DNA from: Candidatus Latescibacterota bacterium
Lineage (GTDB): Bacteria > Latescibacterota > UBA2968 > UBA8231
Direction: 5' to 3'
DNA length: 64,000 nucleotides
NCBI GenBank assembly: GCA_965242865.1
Contig: CBDETK010000013.1
Coordinates: 4,224,001 to 4,288,000 of the forward strand
Shown here: positions 61,571 through 64,000 of the stretch, one piece after another
Numbering within the stretch: the first letter of the stretch is position 1
Layout: each line of letters begins with the position of its first letter
Made by a program: the position numbers and the translations under genes
Notes under the pieces: generated by a model
The model's input: the letters and a program-made list of their open reading frames with translations, nothing else
Databases searched by the model: none
What the model was told of the DNA's origin: nothing

Positions 61571-62058
61571 TGGACGACCCACGGCAAAAGGCCAAGGACG
61601 CGGCCTATCGCTATCTCAGCTATAGAGCGCGGTCTGTCGCCGAGGTGCGCGACAAGCTAAGGGAGAAGGGCTTTGCCGCCGAAACGGTCGCCGCGACGAT
61701 TGCCGACTTACAGCGCCAGCAGCTCCTCGACGACCGCGAGTTTGCCCGGCGCTGGGTCGAGGCGCGGCTACAGCGGGTCAATGGCGCACGCAAGCTGGCC
61801 CACGATCTCCGGGGCAAAGGCGTGGCCGCCGGCGTAGTGGACGAGGTCCTCGCCGAGTTCGCCCCAATGCTCGCTGCGGGCGAACAGGCGGTCGAGCTGC
61901 TAACCAAGCAGGCTTGGCGCTACCGGGGCTTGACGCCCGACAAAGCCAAGCGTCGGATGCTGGGCTTTTTGGCCCGGCGCGGTTGCGAGGAGGAAATGGC
62001 TAGGGCCGCGGTCGAACAGGTTTGGAAGGAGCTGGAGAATGAAGTCGAGGGAGATTAG
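61570..62058 (+). CDS. recX: Regulatory protein RecX
   Basis: YLSYRARS..E...KL, LDD..FA and FL.RRG motifs; directly follows recA. Confidence 0.9.
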   Translation: MDDPRQKAKDAAYRYLSYRARSVAEVRDKLREKGFAAETVAATIADLQRQQLLDDREFARRWVEARLQRVNGARKLAHDLRGKGVAAGVVDEVLAEFAPMLAAGEQAVELLTKQAWRYRGLTPDKAKRRMLGFLARRGCEEEMARAAVEQVWKELENEVEGD

Positions 62059-64000
62059 AGAGACGTTCCTGCGGTTTTTTGAAGACAAGGGGCACGTGCG
62101 CGTCCCGAGCGCCCCGGTCGTGCCCCAAGACGACCCCACGCTCTATTTCACCAACGCCGGCATGAACCAGTTCAAAGATGTCTTTTTGGGCTTGGGCCGG
62201 CGCGACTACACCCGGGCGGTCGATACGCAGAAGGTCGTGCGGGTCTCGGGCAAGCACAACGACCTCGACGAAGTCGGCTACAGCCCTTGGCACCACACCT
62301 TCTTTGAGATGCTGGGCAACTGGTCCTTTGGCGACTACTTCAAAAAAGAGGCCATTGAGTGGGGTTGGGAGTTGATCACCGAGCACTTTGGCTTGGACAA
62401 GGAGCGGCTGTGGGCCACCGTCTTTGTCGGCGACGACGCGGTGGAAGCCGATGGGGAAGCCGAAGCCCTCTGGTACGAATGCACTGACTTGCGCCCGGGC
62501 CGCGTCGTTCGCCTGCCGGCCAAGGAAAACTTCTGGGAAATGGGCGCGACCGGCCCCTGCGGCCCCTGCTCCGAGATTCACTACTACTGGGGCGATGATT
62601 TAGCCGCGCAGGACCGCCGCATGATCCTCGACGACACGGGCGATCTGGTCGAGATCTGGAACTTGGTGTTCATCCAGTACAACCGCGACGAGACCGGGAC
62701 GCTGCACCCCCTGCCGGAAAAGCACGTGGATACCGGCATGGGCTTTGAGCGGATGTGCAGCCTCCTGCAAGGGACCGCGAGCAACTACGAGACCGATGTC
62801 TTTCAGCCGCTCATCGGGCGCATCGGGGAACTGACGGGCCAAGAGTACAGCGGCGAGCACCGCATCCCCATGCAGGTCGTGGCCGATCACGTGCGCACCC
62901 TCAGCTTTGCCATGGCCGACGGCGTGATGCCCGCCAACGAGGGCCGAGGGTACGTCCTGCGCCGCATCTTGCGCCGCGCCGCGCGCTATGCCCGCCAGCT
63001 CGACCAGCCCGGCCCCTTCATTCACCAGCTCGTCGGCACGTTGAGCGAAACCATGGGCCACGTCTTCCCAGAGGTCGCGGCGCGGAAAGACCACATCGCG
63101 GGAGTCATCCGCGCCGAGGAGGAGAGTTTTGGCAAGACGCTCGACCGCGGCTTGGACATCTTCGCGCGATTCGCCGCGAAGGGGCAGATCACCGGCGCGG
63201 ACGTCTTCCACCTCTACGACACCTACGGCTTTCCCCGGGACCTAACCGAGCTCATGGCCCGCGAACAGGGAATCCCGGTACAAGAGCCGGAGGGATACGA
63301 CCGTGCGCTCGCGGCCCAACGGCAGCGCTCGCGCCAAGCCACCCGCACCCAGTTTAGCGCGACCGAAGGCGTCGGCCATACCTTGGCGGCGGAGCATTCG
63401 CTCTTCGTCGGCTACGACGAGTTGGAGGCAGAAGCGCAGGTCGTACATGCCGAAGGAGACGCCGATGGCCGGGTGCGGCTCGTGCTAGATCGCACCCCTT
63501 TCTACGCCGAGGCCGGGGGCCAAGTCGGCGACCGCGGGCGCATTGAGGGCCAAGGTTTTGTCGTCGAGATCGACGATGTCCAGAAGGGGCGCGGCGGCAT
63601 CGTCCACCAAGGGCGTCTAGTGGAAGGCGAAGCCGAGGCGTTGACCGGTGCCGTGGCGGCCCGCGTCCATCGCCAAGCCCGCATAGACGCCGCACGCAAC
63701 CACACGGCCACCCACTTGTTGCACGAGTCGCTGCGGCGGACGCTCGGCGACCACGTAGGGCAGATGGGTTCGCTGGTCGCGCCAGACCGCTTGCGCTTTG
63801 ACTTTTCGCATTTCGCCGCGGTCGCGCCGGAGCAGTTGCGCGAAATCGAACAGCGAGTCAACGAGCAGATTCGCGCCGATCTAGCGGTGAGCACCTTCCA
63901 AGAAGAGTTGGAAAAAGCCAAAGCCATGGGGGCGCAGGCACTCTTCGGCGAAAAATACGAGGCCCAAGTCCGCGTAGTGCAGATCGGCGACTTCAGCCTA
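62039..64000 (+). CDS. alaS: Alanine--tRNA ligase (truncated by the window end)
   Basis: ATG at 62039: MKSREIRETFLRFF, DPTLYFTNAGMNQFK, HHTFFEMLGNWSFGDYFK, DTGMGFER and NHTATHLLH. Absent from the ORF track because no stop lies within the window. Confidence 0.96.
   Translation, partial: MKSREIRETFLRFFEDKGHVRVPSAPVVPQDDPTLYFTNAGMNQFKDVFLGLGRRDYTRAVDTQKVVRVSGKHNDLDEVGYSPWHHTFFEMLGNWSFGDYFKKEAIEWGWELITEHFGLDKERLWATVFVGDDAVEADGEAEALWYECTDLRPGRVVRLPAKENFWEMGATGPCGPCSEIHYYWGDDLAAQDRRMILDDTGDLVEIWNLVFIQYNRDETGTLHPLPEKHVDTGMGFERMCSLLQGTASNYETDVFQPLIGRIGELTGQEYSGEHRIPMQVVADHVRTLSFAMADGVMPANEGRGYVLRRILRRAARYARQLDQPGPFIHQLVGTLSETMGHVFPEVAARKDHIAGVIRAEEESFGKTLDRGLDIFARFAAKGQITGADVFHLYDTYGFPRDLTELMAREQGIPVQEPEGYDRALAAQRQRSRQATRTQFSATEGVGHTLAAEHSLFVGYDELEAEAQVVHAEGDADGRVRLVLDRTPFYAEAGGQVGDRGRIEGQGFVVEIDDVQKGRGGIVHQGRLVEGEAEALTGAVAARVHRQARIDAARNHTATHLLHESLRRTLGDHVGQMGSLVAPDRLRFDFSHFAAVAPEQLREIEQRVNEQIRADLAVSTFQEELEKAKAMGAQALFGEKYEAQVRVVQIGDFSL

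Overview
64 kb of a GC-rich diderm bacterial chromosome. Gene content (TonB receptor with a carboxypeptidase-like N-terminus, a T9SS-type CTD protein, a PorV-family barrel, mcsAB-clpC-bamA, a long SRP RNA) suggests a non-Bacteroidota FCB-superphylum lineage such as Latescibacterota; this is inference only. Nearly every gene is on the + strand; lysA is the only credible minus-strand gene. Housekeeping blocks: frameshifted prfB-lolC/E-lolD-mcsA-mcsB-clpC-bamA-skp-fabZ-pyrB; a complete rrn operon (16S, tRNA-Ile, 23S, 5S); an EF-G paralogue; yebC-ruvCAB-tsaB-rimI; holB-rsmA; tadA, three tRNAs, ffs, dnaX, recR; pgsA-pgpA-recA-recX-alaS (truncated). The main point of interest is a tightly packed 17-gene run (31206-52372, all gaps 33 bp or less). 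In it, an oligopeptide ABC binding protein is separated from its two permeases by two modules. Module 1 is an uncharacterised 8-gene set: an orphan GlmL/MutL-type ASKHA ATPase, a barrel-sandwich/KOW protein, two apparent pairs of paralogous membrane proteins (one pair with predicted opposite topology) and two small membrane-associated ORFs. Module 2 is a TonB receptor, a 1173-aa CTD protein, a PorV-like barrel and a TPR lipoprotein. Together they are a candidate undescribed peptide or amino-acid uptake system. No transposase, phage, integron or CRISPR array was seen.
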